DNA of 64,000 nt from a phage: NCBI GenBank assembly GCA_033648345.1, contig GCA_033648345.1_4121.1; one strand, given 5' to 3'. The notes beneath the pieces were generated by a model, which did no database searches, was not told the origin of the DNA, and saw only the letters and a program-made list of their open reading frames with translations. Below, one piece after another: positions 19,912 to 35,138 of this stretch. How positions within the stretch are numbered: position 1 is the stretch's first letter; the number at the start of each line of letters is the position of its first letter. The position numbers and the translations under genes were made by a program.

Positions 19912-22900
19912 ATGTATATCGATGCTTATATGGAACGTAAACGTACTGGTGATATTTTGCACGTAGCAGAACGTAAAAACGGTAAACGTATTCTACGTCA
20001 GTTGGACCCAGTATATGAATATTATGTTGAATCTCCTACTGGTGAACACAAAACAATTTATGGAACCAACGCAAAGCATTTGGAGTTTGAAACTCAATCA
20101 CAGATGAATAAAAGCGTTGAGCAACATAAAAATGAAGGTCTACGTATTTTTGAAAGTGATTGCAACATTACCTTCAAAACGTTGGCTAGAGAATACATGG
20201 GTAAAGGTTCGCCGGATTTGAACGTAGCATTTTTCGATATCGAAACCGACTTCCATAAGAAGTTTGGTTATGCTCCACCATCAGATCCATTCAACCGTGT
20301 AACTGCAATTTCTCTATATCAATCATGGACTGGTAAGGATTATGTACTTACTTTGCCACCAACTGATATGGAAATGTACGAAGCACAAGATATTGTTCGA
20401 CAGTTAAACGAAGAAACTAACGACCCTAACAGTACTGTCATCCTTTATACGGATGAGAAAGAAATGTTTATGGAGTTCTTTAGTCTAATCGATGACTCTG
20501 ATGTAATTTCAGGTTGGAACAGTGAATTCTTTGATATTCCATATATGGTAAACCGTACCAAGAAAATCTTCAACGAAGCAACTACTGCTCGTTGGTGTTT
20601 GTGGAATAAAAAACCAAATGCTCGTGAAGCTGATAACTTTGGTAAAACTGTAGTAACATATGATCTTATTGGTCGCGTACACTTAGACTATCTTGCTCTT
20701 TATAAGAAACATGCTGGTCAAGTTGAACAGTCGTACAAACTAGATTATATTGCTGAAAAAGTAACTAAAGAAAACAAAGTATCCTATGAAGGTTCATTGG
20801 ATAAACTATACCGTGAAGATTACATTACATTCTTGCGTTATTCTAAGCAGGATAGTATTCTTCTAAAGAAAATTGATGCTAAATGTGACTTTATCAACCT
20901 GCACAACCGTCTTGCTCATAAAGAATGTGTACTAATTAGTACTACAATGGGTTCGGTTGCACTAATCGACACTGCTATCATCAACCTTGCTCACAGTCGC
21001 GGTGAAGTTGTTTTTAACAAAGCACCGAAGGATGATTTTGAGTTAGATCCAGAGATGGAGTACTATGGTGAAGAAGGTGATGAAGAAGATGAGAAAATCA
21101 GTGCAAAAGCTGCTGGTGCATGGGTTCAAGATCCAGTTCTTGGCCTTGTTAGCGATTTGGGATGTACAGACTTTAACTCATTGTATCCAACTGTACTACG
21201 TACACTTGGCATGAGTACTGAATGTATTCTTGGACAACTTCGTCAAGACTACACTGATGCATATCTTGCTGCTAAAGTACAAGAGCAAAAAGCTAAATCC
21301 AAATCTAAAGCGTTTGAACCTGATTGGACCGCTGCATGGCATGGTTTATTTGCTGCTGTAGAATTTACAATGGTTCATGAAAAATCTGACAAAACTTTGA
21401 TTGTTGATTTAGAAGATGGTAGTTCGTTCAATGCAACTGGTAAAGAATTGTATGATATTATCTTTGCTGAAGACAGTACTATTGTACTAAGTGCTAACGG
21501 AACACTTTTTGATAAGTCTAAGTATGGTGTAATTCCAGATATTCTTACTCAATGGTATTCTGAGCGTAAAGCACAACAAAAAATGGTAATCGACTACAAA
21601 CACATGTACAGTGATGGGTGGGAATTCAATGGTTCTGAGAAGGTTGAACCTTTGCTATCTAACTACACAAGTGGTACAATGTTCCGTACAAACTTACATG
21701 ACAATGATCCTGTTTACCTATTACGTATTGCTATTGGTAAAGGTCAATGGGAAGAAGTTGCAAAACTCATTGTGGAAAATGGTTTAGTACTGAAAGATGG
21801 TCGTATTTTCTGTGCAACGGAAGATAAGAATTACTTCAAACAGCAAAGTGCATTCTGGAAACAGAACCAGCAAATTCGTAAGATTCTTCTAAACAGTCTA
21901 TATGGTGCACTATTGAACAAAGGTTCACGTTTCTTTGATAAGCGTTTAGGTCAGTCCGTTACCTTAACTGGTCGTTCTATGACTAAACATATGGCAAGCC
22001 GTATCAATGAAATCACTACTGGTGTTTATAATCACCAAGGTGGCTCTGTAATTTACGGTGATACTGACTCCGTTTACTTCAGTGTAACTCATTACCTGAA
22101 AGAACAAGGTATTCCATATAATCTTTCGAAAGAAGAAATCGTTGACATGTATATCAAAATCGGTGATGAAGTTGGTGAATCATTCCCTTCATTCATGAAC
22201 GAAATGTTCAATACTGGTATTGAGAAAGGTAAGATTGTTGGTGCAGACCTAGAGATGGTCGGTTCCCGTGGTCTATTCCTGAAGAAAAAGCGTTATGCAA
22301 TTCTCAAGTACTGGGAAGATGGTTTCCGTAAAGATGTTGATGGAAAGCCTGGTGAAATTAAAGCGATGGGTCTTGAAATTAAACGTTCAGATACGCCAAA
22401 ATACATCCAGAACTTCCTAGAAGAGACTCTAATTGCATTGCTGGTGGGTGAGTCTGAAGCTCAACTTAAACAGCGTGTACGTGACTTTAAAGAGGTATTT
22501 AAAGACATGCCTGTACACGAAAAGGGTTCACCGAAAACTGTTAAGAACTATACCAACTTAGAAGCAGAATATGAAGTTTCTGGTAAATGTAAAGTTGGTC
22601 ACGTATTAGCAGGTATTCAATGGAACCGTCTACGTGAAGTATATGATGACAAAACTGTACCTGAAGTAACTGACGGTACAAAAGTAATTGTATGTAACTT
22701 AAAAGATAACCCGATGGGTATCAAAGCAGTAGGTTATCCAATTGACTGTGTGGAATATCTACCTGAATGGTTCTTAGAACTACCATTTGATACAGAGAAA
22801 ATGGAAGAAATAGTTCTAACTAAAAAATTAGAAAACATTTTTGGTATTCTGGATATGGATATTGGTATTCATGAGAAAAGTACAGCAGCCGTTAATAACG

Positions 22901-22917
22901 GATTCTTCACCTGGTAA
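19912..22917 (+). CDS. 43: DNA polymerase gp43 (family B)
   Basis: Exonuclease motif FDIETD, FDIPYMVNR, KILLNSLYGAL, YGDTDS; colinear with T4 gp43. Confidence 0.92.
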   Translation: MYIDAYMERKRTGDILHVAERKNGKRILRQLDPVYEYYVESPTGEHKTIYGTNAKHLEFETQSQMNKSVEQHKNEGLRIFESDCNITFKTLAREYMGKGSPDLNVAFFDIETDFHKKFGYAPPSDPFNRVTAISLYQSWTGKDYVLTLPPTDMEMYEAQDIVRQLNEETNDPNSTVILYTDEKEMFMEFFSLIDDSDVISGWNSEFFDIPYMVNRTKKIFNEATTARWCLWNKKPNAREADNFGKTVVTYDLIGRVHLDYLALYKKHAGQVEQSYKLDYIAEKVTKENKVSYEGSLDKLYREDYITFLRYSKQDSILLKKIDAKCDFINLHNRLAHKECVLISTTMGSVALIDTAIINLAHSRGEVVFNKAPKDDFELDPEMEYYGEEGDEEDEKISAKAAGAWVQDPVLGLVSDLGCTDFNSLYPTVLRTLGMSTECILGQLRQDYTDAYLAAKVQEQKAKSKSKAFEPDWTAAWHGLFAAVEFTMVHEKSDKTLIVDLEDGSSFNATGKELYDIIFAEDSTIVLSANGTLFDKSKYGVIPDILTQWYSERKAQQKMVIDYKHMYSDGWEFNGSEKVEPLLSNYTSGTMFRTNLHDNDPVYLLRIAIGKGQWEEVAKLIVENGLVLKDGRIFCATEDKNYFKQQSAFWKQNQQIRKILLNSLYGALLNKGSRFFDKRLGQSVTLTGRSMTKHMASRINEITTGVYNHQGGSVIYGDTDSVYFSVTHYLKEQGIPYNLSKEEIVDMYIKIGDEVGESFPSFMNEMFNTGIEKGKIVGADLEMVGSRGLFLKKKRYAILKYWEDGFRKDVDGKPGEIKAMGLEIKRSDTPKYIQNFLEETLIALLVGESEAQLKQRVRDFKEVFKDMPVHEKGSPKTVKNYTNLEAEYEVSGKCKVGHVLAGIQWNRLREVYDDKTVPEVTDGTKVIVCNLKDNPMGIKAVGYPIDCVEYLPEWFLELPFDTEKMEEIVLTKKLENIFGILDMDIGIHEKSTAAVNNGFFTW

Positions 22918-22927
22918 GGAAAATATT

Positions 22928-23068
22928 ATGATTATTGCAGACGAAACTAAACTAAAATATGACGAAGTAAATGACGTATTCTCTGATGAATCACTAGCAC
23001 TGTCTGAGGACAGTGTTAACGAGGCGTGGGAACAGTACGTTTTATGGAGTGCATCCCAAGGAGAGTAA
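22928..23068 (+). CDS. hypothetical small protein
   Basis: Short ORF with AAGGA RBS in the gap after gp43. Confidence 0.3.
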   Translation: MIIADETKLKYDEVNDVFSDESLALSEDSVNEAWEQYVLWSASQGE

Positions 23069-23069
23069 T

Positions 23070-23372
23070 ATGGAAAATATATATAAGCGTGTTGGTGCAG
23101 TACTGGAAGATAGTACTATCGTAAATTCAGTACTTGCATACAATAATGATGATGAAGTTGTTCTAATGTCTGCTGGTTTCACCAGAACTGGCTCTGTTGA
23201 AATTGACGGTGAGATTGTTGACGTCTATTCTATTGAAAAGAAACGCAAAGTTGTCATTGTTGAAGATGTTAACACGTTAAAAGACTTAGAACATCTACGT
23301 TACAAATTCAACATTGGTGCAGGTGCAAACGCTGATAAGCCGTACCTTAAACGTTGGAACACAAAATACTGA
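23070..23372 (+). CDS. hypothetical protein
   Basis: ATG 23070 after GGAGAG. Confidence 0.45.
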   Translation: MENIYKRVGAVLEDSTIVNSVLAYNNDDEVVLMSAGFTRTGSVEIDGEIVDVYSIEKKRKVVIVEDVNTLKDLEHLRYKFNIGAGANADKPYLKRWNTKY

Positions 23373-23476
23373 TAAAAAATTGAGACAAGCATCATTCACG
23401 AGATATAATGGTGCTTGTAGTAATCTGAAGCATACAAAAACATTTTTGATTAACAAATAAAACGGAGAATTATATA

Positions 23477-24208
23477 ATGGATCTACGCAACGTACTACGT
23501 GACCTAGTTAACACTACCAACGGCATCGACTTTTCTTGTATCGCAGTTAGCAGTGAAGACCGTGGTGATGGACAGCGTGTTTACATGGAAGCATACACCG
23601 ATGACCGCACCCTAGTTATGCGTGCTCACACTAAAGAAGACGTACCAGAAGTTCAAGGTCGTTTTGGTCTTGGTAACCTAGGTCTTCTACAGGGTCTAAT
23701 GTCTCTAAAAACTTATAGTACTGAAGGAACTACTATCACTTCTAATTTGAAAGATGGTGCAGTTAAGAGCCTAGCATTCAAAGCAGAAGATGCAAGCACT
23801 ACTTTCATGGTTCAACCAGAAAAACTAATTCCAGCCCAGCCTCGTTTCCATGAACAACCATATGACGTACAGGTTACACCTAGTGCAGCTAAAGTTCAGG
23901 AACTAAAAAGTTTCTCTGGTGTGTTTAAATCTTTCAGTTCTCTAGTAACTCCATACACTGAAGGTGATACTCTTTACTTCCACGTTGGTGAGAAGAATAA
24001 AAGTAACCACGTTGGTGCACTAGCATTCTCTAAAACTGAAGGTGAACTAGGTCTTGGTTTTGGTTATAACATTGACCGTGTTCTACAAGCTCTATCCCGC
24101 GTTTCTAACGCAGAATCTGTTACCCTTGGTATTACCAAAACTGGTATGCTAAACGTAACTCTAGACACTGGTATTGCGGTATACAAGATTTACGTAACAG
24201 GTTGCTAA
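23477..24208 (+). CDS. 45: sliding clamp gp45-like
   Basis: 243 aa, size and N-terminal pattern compatible with T4 gp45; early promoter 23380..23409. Confidence 0.55.
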   Translation: MDLRNVLRDLVNTTNGIDFSCIAVSSEDRGDGQRVYMEAYTDDRTLVMRAHTKEDVPEVQGRFGLGNLGLLQGLMSLKTYSTEGTTITSNLKDGAVKSLAFKAEDASTTFMVQPEKLIPAQPRFHEQPYDVQVTPSAAKVQELKSFSGVFKSFSSLVTPYTEGDTLYFHVGEKNKSNHVGALAFSKTEGELGLGFGYNIDRVLQALSRVSNAESVTLGITKTGMLNVTLDTGIAVYKIYVTGC

Positions 24209-24274
24209 TATAAATAATGGGGAACATGGAGTTCCCCAAATTTTTGATTTAAAAATAAGTAAAGGAAGACAAAA

Positions 24275-24481
24275 ATGCCATTATATACATATCGTTGTGA
24301 AAAAGAAGAATGTAAACACAGTTTAGAAAAGATTGTAAAAATTGCCAATCGTGAAGAACCTCATGATTGTCCTCAATGTAATGGTGAGAAGACTATGAAG
24401 TTGGAAGTTTTTACCCCAGGTGATAAAGGTGCAAATCTTTATTTCCGTGGTAAATGGTTTGCAAACACTGGAGGTTACTGA
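24275..24481 (+). CDS. FmdB-like zinc-ribbon protein
   Basis: YTYRCEKEEC ... CPQCNG four-Cys ribbon. Confidence 0.5.
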   Translation: MPLYTYRCEKEECKHSLEKIVKIANREEPHDCPQCNGEKTMKLEVFTPGDKGANLYFRGKWFANTGGY

Positions 24482-24482
24482 T

Positions 24483-24785
24483 ATGAAAATTAAAATGATT
24501 AACGATTATGTACTGGTTCGTCAAATTGAAGCACAGAATAAAAGTACTGGTGGTATTATCCTAGGAAACGTTGAACCACCATGTGTTGGTATGGTGATTT
24601 CAGTTGGTGAAGGTAAAGTACTACCTAATGGGCAAATTGCAGAACATAATATTTGTGTTGGTGATATGGTTGTATTCGGTCGTTCATCACTAAACACTCC
24701 TATCACTGAAGATCTTGGTGGTGGTGAAGACACATATTATGTGATGAAAATTGAAGAAATTTTTGGTAAGAAATCAAATGGCTAA
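24483..24785 (+). CDS. GroES-like co-chaperonin (gp31 functional analog)
   Basis: 100 aa; VLVRQ...KSTGGIIL, VISVGEG and VGDMVVF match GroES/Cpn10 signature. Confidence 0.7.
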   Translation: MKIKMINDYVLVRQIEAQNKSTGGIILGNVEPPCVGMVISVGEGKVLPNGQIAEHNICVGDMVVFGRSSLNTPITEDLGGGEDTYYVMKIEEIFGKKSNG

Positions 24786-25503
24786 AAAAAGGTTTATTCC
24801 TTTCTGGATGGTCCCCGCTCATTGGGGACTTTCTGGTAAAGCGAAAGAGATTGCGAAAGCATACTACTATAACGATGATTATGAAGCTGATATGTTAGTT
24901 GCAGAACTTACATATCTAACACCATATGAAGTTGATGTAGCACAGTTGGATATCAAAAAGAAATACAATGTATTAGAAACTCTTGATTATCTAATAGCAC
25001 AGGCAGATGTACAATTGAAGTATTCCAAGATTACCCGTGATGAGTATAATGTAAAATTACTTGATGCTAAATTAAGTACTGGTGCAATTACTCAAAAAGA
25101 GTATGATATGGAAGTAATCGAACTAATGCCTGATGGTGATGACAAACGTCTTAAAGCTATCGAGTTTGCATATCGTTATGAAGAGATTACACAACAAGAG
25201 TATTCAAAGGAAATCTTTACTTTACGTAAAGAACCTTGGATTGATTTGGATGTAGTACTTAATCCAGAAACAAATGAAGTTGAATTTGTTTTTGATTATA
25301 ATGAATACTTTTGGAAAAAGTTAAAAGCGGAAGGTCATCCAGGTAATGACGAAGAAGAAATTATTGACAACTTCGTTAGAGACATGGGGCGTAAACTAGC
25401 TACGGATGATTTCAGTGATGATTATGACGTAAAGCTAGTGAATGCGAACGAAGGGTTAGAGAATCTACCTGGTTTACCTGAAGGGTTCCGTTCATACAAA
25501 TAA
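24778..25503 (+). CDS. hypothetical protein with short ITxxEY repeats
   Basis: Start overlaps GroES-like stop (ATGGCTAA); followed by bidirectional terminator. Confidence 0.45.
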   Translation: MAKKRFIPFWMVPAHWGLSGKAKEIAKAYYYNDDYEADMLVAELTYLTPYEVDVAQLDIKKKYNVLETLDYLIAQADVQLKYSKITRDEYNVKLLDAKLSTGAITQKEYDMEVIELMPDGDDKRLKAIEFAYRYEEITQQEYSKEIFTLRKEPWIDLDVVLNPETNEVEFVFDYNEYFWKKLKAEGHPGNDEEEIIDNFVRDMGRKLATDDFSDDYDVKLVNANEGLENLPGLPEGFRSYK

Positions 25504-25508
25504 AAAAA

Positions 25509-25536
25509 GGAGAGCAAAAGCTCTCCTTTTCTTTTA
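25509..25536. terminator. bidirectional terminator between convergent genes
   Basis: ggagagc-aaaa-gctctcc flanked by A-run and T-run. Confidence 0.65.
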
Positions 25537-25547
25537 TCTTTAATTTA

Positions 25548-26237
25548 TTAAACCATCGCTGGGATGAATTTGAATAGTTTGATACCGAAGTCACCAGCAG
25601 CATCAGCAGCTTGGGAACGTAGAACAACTTCAGTAACACCATCTTTAGCGAGTAGTGGAACTGCGGTTAGGTCATCAATTAGTAGACGGCCTTCTTCGAT
25701 CTCAGTACTTGGAACGCCTTGGAAAGATTGAATATCTTTATCAAATACGTTAGCACGTTCAACGAGGAAAGTAACTACTGAAGCACTAGCGATATCAACA
25801 GACCCAACACTTAGGATACCGTCAGCAGCGTTGGTAAAACCAGTAACTGCAAATGGCTCAGCGTCGTTGCCAGCGATTTCGGAAGTAGCGATGATAACTG
25901 CACGTTGTTGAACAACATCAACGATACGTTTAACGTTAGTTTGTGCAGCGTAAGCAGCGTTATAATCAGCTTCTAGAGTTGCTGCTTCAAATGGAGTACC
26001 ATCGACACGGATGATACCTTTTTCGTTTAGATATGCAACGATTTCATCAGCTACGTCAGTGTTTAGGAAACGTTGTAGACCAGCGAAAGAACCAACTGCA
26101 CCAGTAACACGCACGTTAACATTACCAATTTTACTAATTGCGATAGATGCTAGGGCGTTTTTACCACAGAAGTAACCTAGAATTTTATCAAAGGAATAAC
26201 CATTGATACGTTCAAAAGAAGTATTAGTATTAGACAT
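25548..26237 (-). CDS. putative virion structural protein (paralog A)
   Basis: Ala/Val/Gly/Thr-rich; paralogous to 26253..26852 (shared QQRAV...TS...VFDK); higher G+C than surroundings. Confidence 0.5.
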   Translation of the reverse strand: MSNTNTSFERINGYSFDKILGYFCGKNALASIAISKIGNVNVRVTGAVGSFAGLQRFLNTDVADEIVAYLNEKGIIRVDGTPFEAATLEADYNAAYAAQTNVKRIVDVVQQRAVIIATSEIAGNDAEPFAVTGFTNAADGILSVGSVDIASASVVTFLVERANVFDKDIQSFQGVPSTEIEEGRLLIDDLTAVPLLAKDGVTEVVLRSQAADAAGDFGIKLFKFIPAMV

Positions 26238-26252
26238 ATTGTAGTCCCCCTA

Positions 26253-26852
26253 TTATAGTTGTACTGGTAGAGCAGCACGAACTTTAATTGCAACAGCGTC
26301 AGCGGCAGCAGCATCACCAACACCATCAGTACCTAGAGCAACATAAGATTTGGTACGGAAGAATTTAGCTTGTGCAATAGCTTTAGCTAGTTCAACAGTT
26401 GGATCAACTGGAACAGAGTAAGCAGCACCTGGGCGAACTTCTTGTTTGTCAAATACGTCTTGACGTTCACAGATGAAGGTTAGAGCAACAGAACCAGCAC
26501 CACCTGTAACATCAGCACCACTAGTACCAAACGCGATTACGTTACCACCAACGGTTTTAAAGTCAGCAGGGATAACAACAGCGGTGTCTAGAGCTAGTAC
26601 GGAAGTAGTAACTAGTACTGCACGTTGTTGTAGTAGTTGGGTAATCATGAATTGGTTGTATTGAGCATTGCTGATTGCAGTTTGTAGTGCTTCATCTTGA
26701 ATTTCGGAACCGTCAGAAGTAACAGCGGTAGTACCAACTTCAACATCTGCTGGTAGATCAACAACGATGGTTACGAAACCATTGTTACCACCCCAGTATT
26801 CACGAGCAGTAGCAGACATACCATAGTTACGGTTAAAAGAATTAAGACTCAT
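26253..26852 (-). CDS. putative virion structural protein (paralog B)
   Basis: Paralog of 25548..26237; two late-promoter-like blocks upstream on minus strand. Confidence 0.5.
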   Translation of the reverse strand: MSLNSFNRNYGMSATAREYWGGNNGFVTIVVDLPADVEVGTTAVTSDGSEIQDEALQTAISNAQYNQFMITQLLQQRAVLVTTSVLALDTAVVIPADFKTVGGNVIAFGTSGADVTGGAGSVALTFICERQDVFDKQEVRPGAAYSVPVDPTVELAKAIAQAKFFRTKSYVALGTDGVGDAAAADAVAIKVRAALPVQL

Positions 26853-26884
26853 AAAAATCTCCTTGTCAAATTTTGTGCAGGAAC

Positions 26885-26945
26885 ACCCTGCTTAATATTA
26901 TTTATCAAAAAATATAAACCACATTTAAATTTAAGGCAATATTCC
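26885..26945 (-). promoter_or_regulatory. two late-promoter-like blocks (GATAAATAATAT) upstream of structural paralog genes
   Basis: Reverse complement reads gataaataatatcatagag and gataaataatattaagc. Confidence 0.45.
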
Positions 26946-26973
26946 CTGATCTCTATGATATTATTTATCAAAT

Positions 26974-32220
<5,247 letters not shown>

Positions 32221-32276
32221 GTGATATAATGATGTTTGTCAGGGCAATGAGCCTTGACAAACAGAGTAAAAAAACC

Positions 32277-32306
32277 TTGGGACGGTTAAAAATCCCATGA
32301 TATAAT
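32277..32306 (+). promoter_or_regulatory. early-type promoter upstream of gene 32
   Basis: ttgggacggttaaaaatcccatgatataat. Confidence 0.45.
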
Positions 32307-32392
32307 GTAAATTGTTGATGAGTCAATGAAGACAAATCAACGTTAATAGCCCGTTAAACTTAACAAACAAACTAATGACAAGGAAGCCCAAT

Positions 32393-33442
32393 ATGCAAAC
32401 TCTAGCTGAAATTCGTGCAAAACTAAAAGCTGAACAAGAAAAAGCAGAAGCACAGAAGAATGGTACATTTACAGGTGAACGTAAAGCCGATTCTTTCCTA
32501 GCTTTCTGGAATGTCCCTTACAATGAACCACTAAACCTACGTTTTCTACCAGATGCTGATGAGTCTAACCCATTCTTCTGGCGTGAACGTGATATGATCA
32601 ACCTAACGTTCCAAGGTATTGTTGGTATGCACACCGATAAAGTTACCGTTCAAGTACCATGTAACGAAATGTGGGTTCCTAAATCATGTCCAATTCTTAA
32701 AGAAGTACGTCAATGGTTCCAAAGTGCGAATGAAACTGGAAATGAAGAACTGAAAGCAATGGCTGGTCGTTACTGGAAAAAGAAAACCTATCTAATGCAA
32801 TGTTTCGTTGCTCCTGATAGCGTAGCAGTAAAAGACGATATTGCTCCAGAAAACCCAATCCGTCGTATCCTAGCTAACAAAGATATCTTTGATAAAGTTA
32901 AATCTATCCTGCTAAACCCAGGCATCAAAGAACTACCAACTCACTACATTCACGGTCGTGACTTTGGTATTGTTAAAACTAAGAATGGTGGTGGTTACAA
33001 TAGCTATGACATGTCTCAATTCTCCATGTCCGAGCGTCCACTCAATGAAGAAGAACTGGCAGCGATTGAAAAGTTTGGTCTATATAATCTAAATGATTTT
33101 ATGCCAAAACAACCAACTCCAGAAGAACTAAAAGCTATCGAAGAAATGTTCGAAGCATCTGTTGATGGTAAACCTTATGACCCTGCACGTTGGGCTTTCG
33201 CTTACCGTCCAGCAGGTGTACAAAAACCAACAACTGGTACTATTAGTGAAAACAAACCTGCTCCACAAGCTCCAGTACAACAACCTGCTCCTGCACAAAC
33301 TCCTGCACCGCAAGCACCAGTAGCTACTCCTACTCCTGCTGCTGAACCAGTAGCTGCTGCACCAGCACCAGTAGCTGAAGCTCCAAAAGAACAACTTTCT
33401 GCATCTGCACTAGTTGCTCGTTTGAAACAACAAGGTAAGTAA
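32393..33442 (+). CDS. 32: single-stranded DNA-binding protein gp32
   Basis: LRFLPDADESNPFF resembles T4 gp32 RFLPSKNDEQAPFA; Cys/His zinc site; Pro/Ala-rich acidic C-terminal tail; AAGGA RBS at ATG 32393. Confidence 0.8.
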   Translation: MQTLAEIRAKLKAEQEKAEAQKNGTFTGERKADSFLAFWNVPYNEPLNLRFLPDADESNPFFWRERDMINLTFQGIVGMHTDKVTVQVPCNEMWVPKSCPILKEVRQWFQSANETGNEELKAMAGRYWKKKTYLMQCFVAPDSVAVKDDIAPENPIRRILANKDIFDKVKSILLNPGIKELPTHYIHGRDFGIVKTKNGGGYNSYDMSQFSMSERPLNEEELAAIEKFGLYNLNDFMPKQPTPEELKAIEEMFEASVDGKPYDPARWAFAYRPAGVQKPTTGTISENKPAPQAPVQQPAPAQTPAPQAPVATPTPAAEPVAAAPAPVAEAPKEQLSASALVARLKQQGK

Positions 33443-33460
33443 TAGTATTTGAAAAGTTAA

Positions 33461-33490
33461 GGGGCAACGGAGTTTGCCCCGTTTTATTTC
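33461..33490 (+). terminator. intrinsic terminator after gene 32
   Basis: ggggcaa-cggagt-ttgcccc followed by GTTTTATTT. Confidence 0.65.
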
Positions 33491-33511
33491 ATAAAATTCA
33501 AGGAGCGAATT

Positions 33512-34630
33512 ATGAAAATGACAAGTGGTTTTGCAAACATTCTAAAAAATAGTACTGGTAGCGTTAAAAAGAATACTGGTGTTAGCGTAGGCTTTCATGA
33601 TCCTGATACATGGATTAGTACTGGTAACTTTGCTTTGAACTATCGTATTAGTGGTTATTTTGACCGTGGTATCCCACTGGGTAAAGTAACAATGTTTGCT
33701 GGTGAATCTGGTTCTGGTAAATCATTTATCGTTTCTGGAAACATCGCCCGTGAAGCACAACAACAAGGTATCTTTGTTGTTATGATTGATTCCGAGAACG
33801 CATTGGATTCAGATTGGCTACAAGCACTAGGTGTAGACACTTCAGAAGAAAAACTACTAAAAGTAAACATGGGTATGATTGGTGATGTTGCTAAATTTAC
33901 CTATGAGTTCATCGAAGGGTATCGTAAAGAATACGAAAATACTCCTAAAGAAGAACGTCAAAAAGTATTATTCATTATCGACTCAATTGGTATGTTGAAT
34001 ACTGAAGTTGCTAATGACCAGATGAAAGCTGGTAACTTGAAAGGTGATATGGGTCACAAACCTAAACAGCTTAAAGCTTACATCACCAACTGCGTAAACT
34101 CGATTGGTTCACTTAACATTGGTATGGTTTGTGTAAACCATAGTTATGAATCCCAAGATATGTTCAACCCTGATCCAAAAGTATCTGGTGGTAGTGGTTT
34201 GATTTATGCATCTTCTATGGTTATCGCAATGGGTAAACTAAAACTTAAAGAAGATGAAGAAGGCAACAAGACTTCAGATGTAAGTGGTATTCGTTCTAAA
34301 TGTAAAGTCATGAAGACTCGTTACAACAAACCATTTGAAGATGTTGAGATTAAAATTCCTTGGGATAAAGGCATGGACCCACGCAGTGGTCTACTAGATA
34401 TGTTCGAGAAATATGAACTTATCGTTAAATCTGGTAACCGTCTAATGTACGTTGATATTGACACTGGTGAACAGATTCTAAAATATCGTAAAGAATGGAT
34501 GCGTAATGAAGATTCTTGCCTTGATTTAGTTATGAATCAATTCAAACGTCACCCTTTGATTGAAGAAGTCAAAGAAGAAGAAAAAGGTGATGAATCATTT
34601 GGTACTGATATTGGAAGTAGTGAGGAATAA
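33512..34630 (+). CDS. uvsX: RecA-like recombinase UvsX
   Basis: Walker A GESGSGKS; C-terminal DPRSGLLDMFEKYELIVKSGNRLMY matches T4 UvsX DPYSGLLDMALELGFVVKPKNGWY. Confidence 0.9.
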   Translation: MKMTSGFANILKNSTGSVKKNTGVSVGFHDPDTWISTGNFALNYRISGYFDRGIPLGKVTMFAGESGSGKSFIVSGNIAREAQQQGIFVVMIDSENALDSDWLQALGVDTSEEKLLKVNMGMIGDVAKFTYEFIEGYRKEYENTPKEERQKVLFIIDSIGMLNTEVANDQMKAGNLKGDMGHKPKQLKAYITNCVNSIGSLNIGMVCVNHSYESQDMFNPDPKVSGGSGLIYASSMVIAMGKLKLKEDEEGNKTSDVSGIRSKCKVMKTRYNKPFEDVEIKIPWDKGMDPRSGLLDMFEKYELIVKSGNRLMYVDIDTGEQILKYRKEWMRNEDSCLDLVMNQFKRHPLIEEVKEEEKGDESFGTDIGSSEE

Positions 34631-35091
34631 TGAAACCTTGGCATTGGATCATCAAAGATGATAAATCTAAAATAATCGACATGATTGAACACTTCGAAAA
34701 AGAAACTGAAGAAGCTCGTCGTGAAGTTAAAAAGATTGGCATCATTGAAAAGATTGCTCAGGAGATTCCAGGCTGGCATGAGACTCGTCTCAGTCAGCTT
34801 CAAGAACTAGAAGCGGTACTTGAAATGCTAGAAATTGAAATGCGTCAACTACAAGCTGAAAAGTTTAAATATTTCCTTGAAGCATATCGTCGAGCACTAT
34901 CATCTTCTGACTGTAAAAAGTATGTTGAAGGTGATAAAGAAGTTTGTGAATTATCCGAACTAATAAATGAAGTATCATATATCCGTAATACGTTTTCCAG
35001 TATTGTTAAATCCTTAGAGATGAAAGCTTTTCAGTTAAACAATATTGTGAGACTACGTGCTGCTGGTATTGAAGATGCACGTTTAGAATAA
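34630..35091 (+). CDS. hypothetical coiled-coil protein, possible UvsY-like recombination mediator
   Basis: C-terminal KSLEMKAFQLNNIVRLRAAG weakly resembles T4 UvsY C-terminus; adjacent to uvsX. Confidence 0.3.
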   Translation: MKPWHWIIKDDKSKIIDMIEHFEKETEEARREVKKIGIIEKIAQEIPGWHETRLSQLQELEAVLEMLEIEMRQLQAEKFKYFLEAYRRALSSSDCKKYVEGDKEVCELSELINEVSYIRNTFSSIVKSLEMKAFQLNNIVRLRAAGIEDARLE

Positions 35092-35100
35092 CTATCCATA

Positions 35101-35126
35101 AGGACGCATTACGCGTCCTTTTTCTA
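35101..35126 (+). terminator. intrinsic terminator
   Basis: aggacgc-atta-cgcgtcct followed by TTTTT. Confidence 0.7.
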
Positions 35127-35138
35127 TGCGAGAATAAA

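Noticed and set aside
33128-33394. Antisense ORFs embedded in strong genes (for example 33128..33394, 12147..12501, 997..1345, 6626..7048, 49623..49892)
   Set aside because: Each lies entirely inside a well-supported gene on the other strand, has low-complexity translation and no RBS; treated as shadow ORFs
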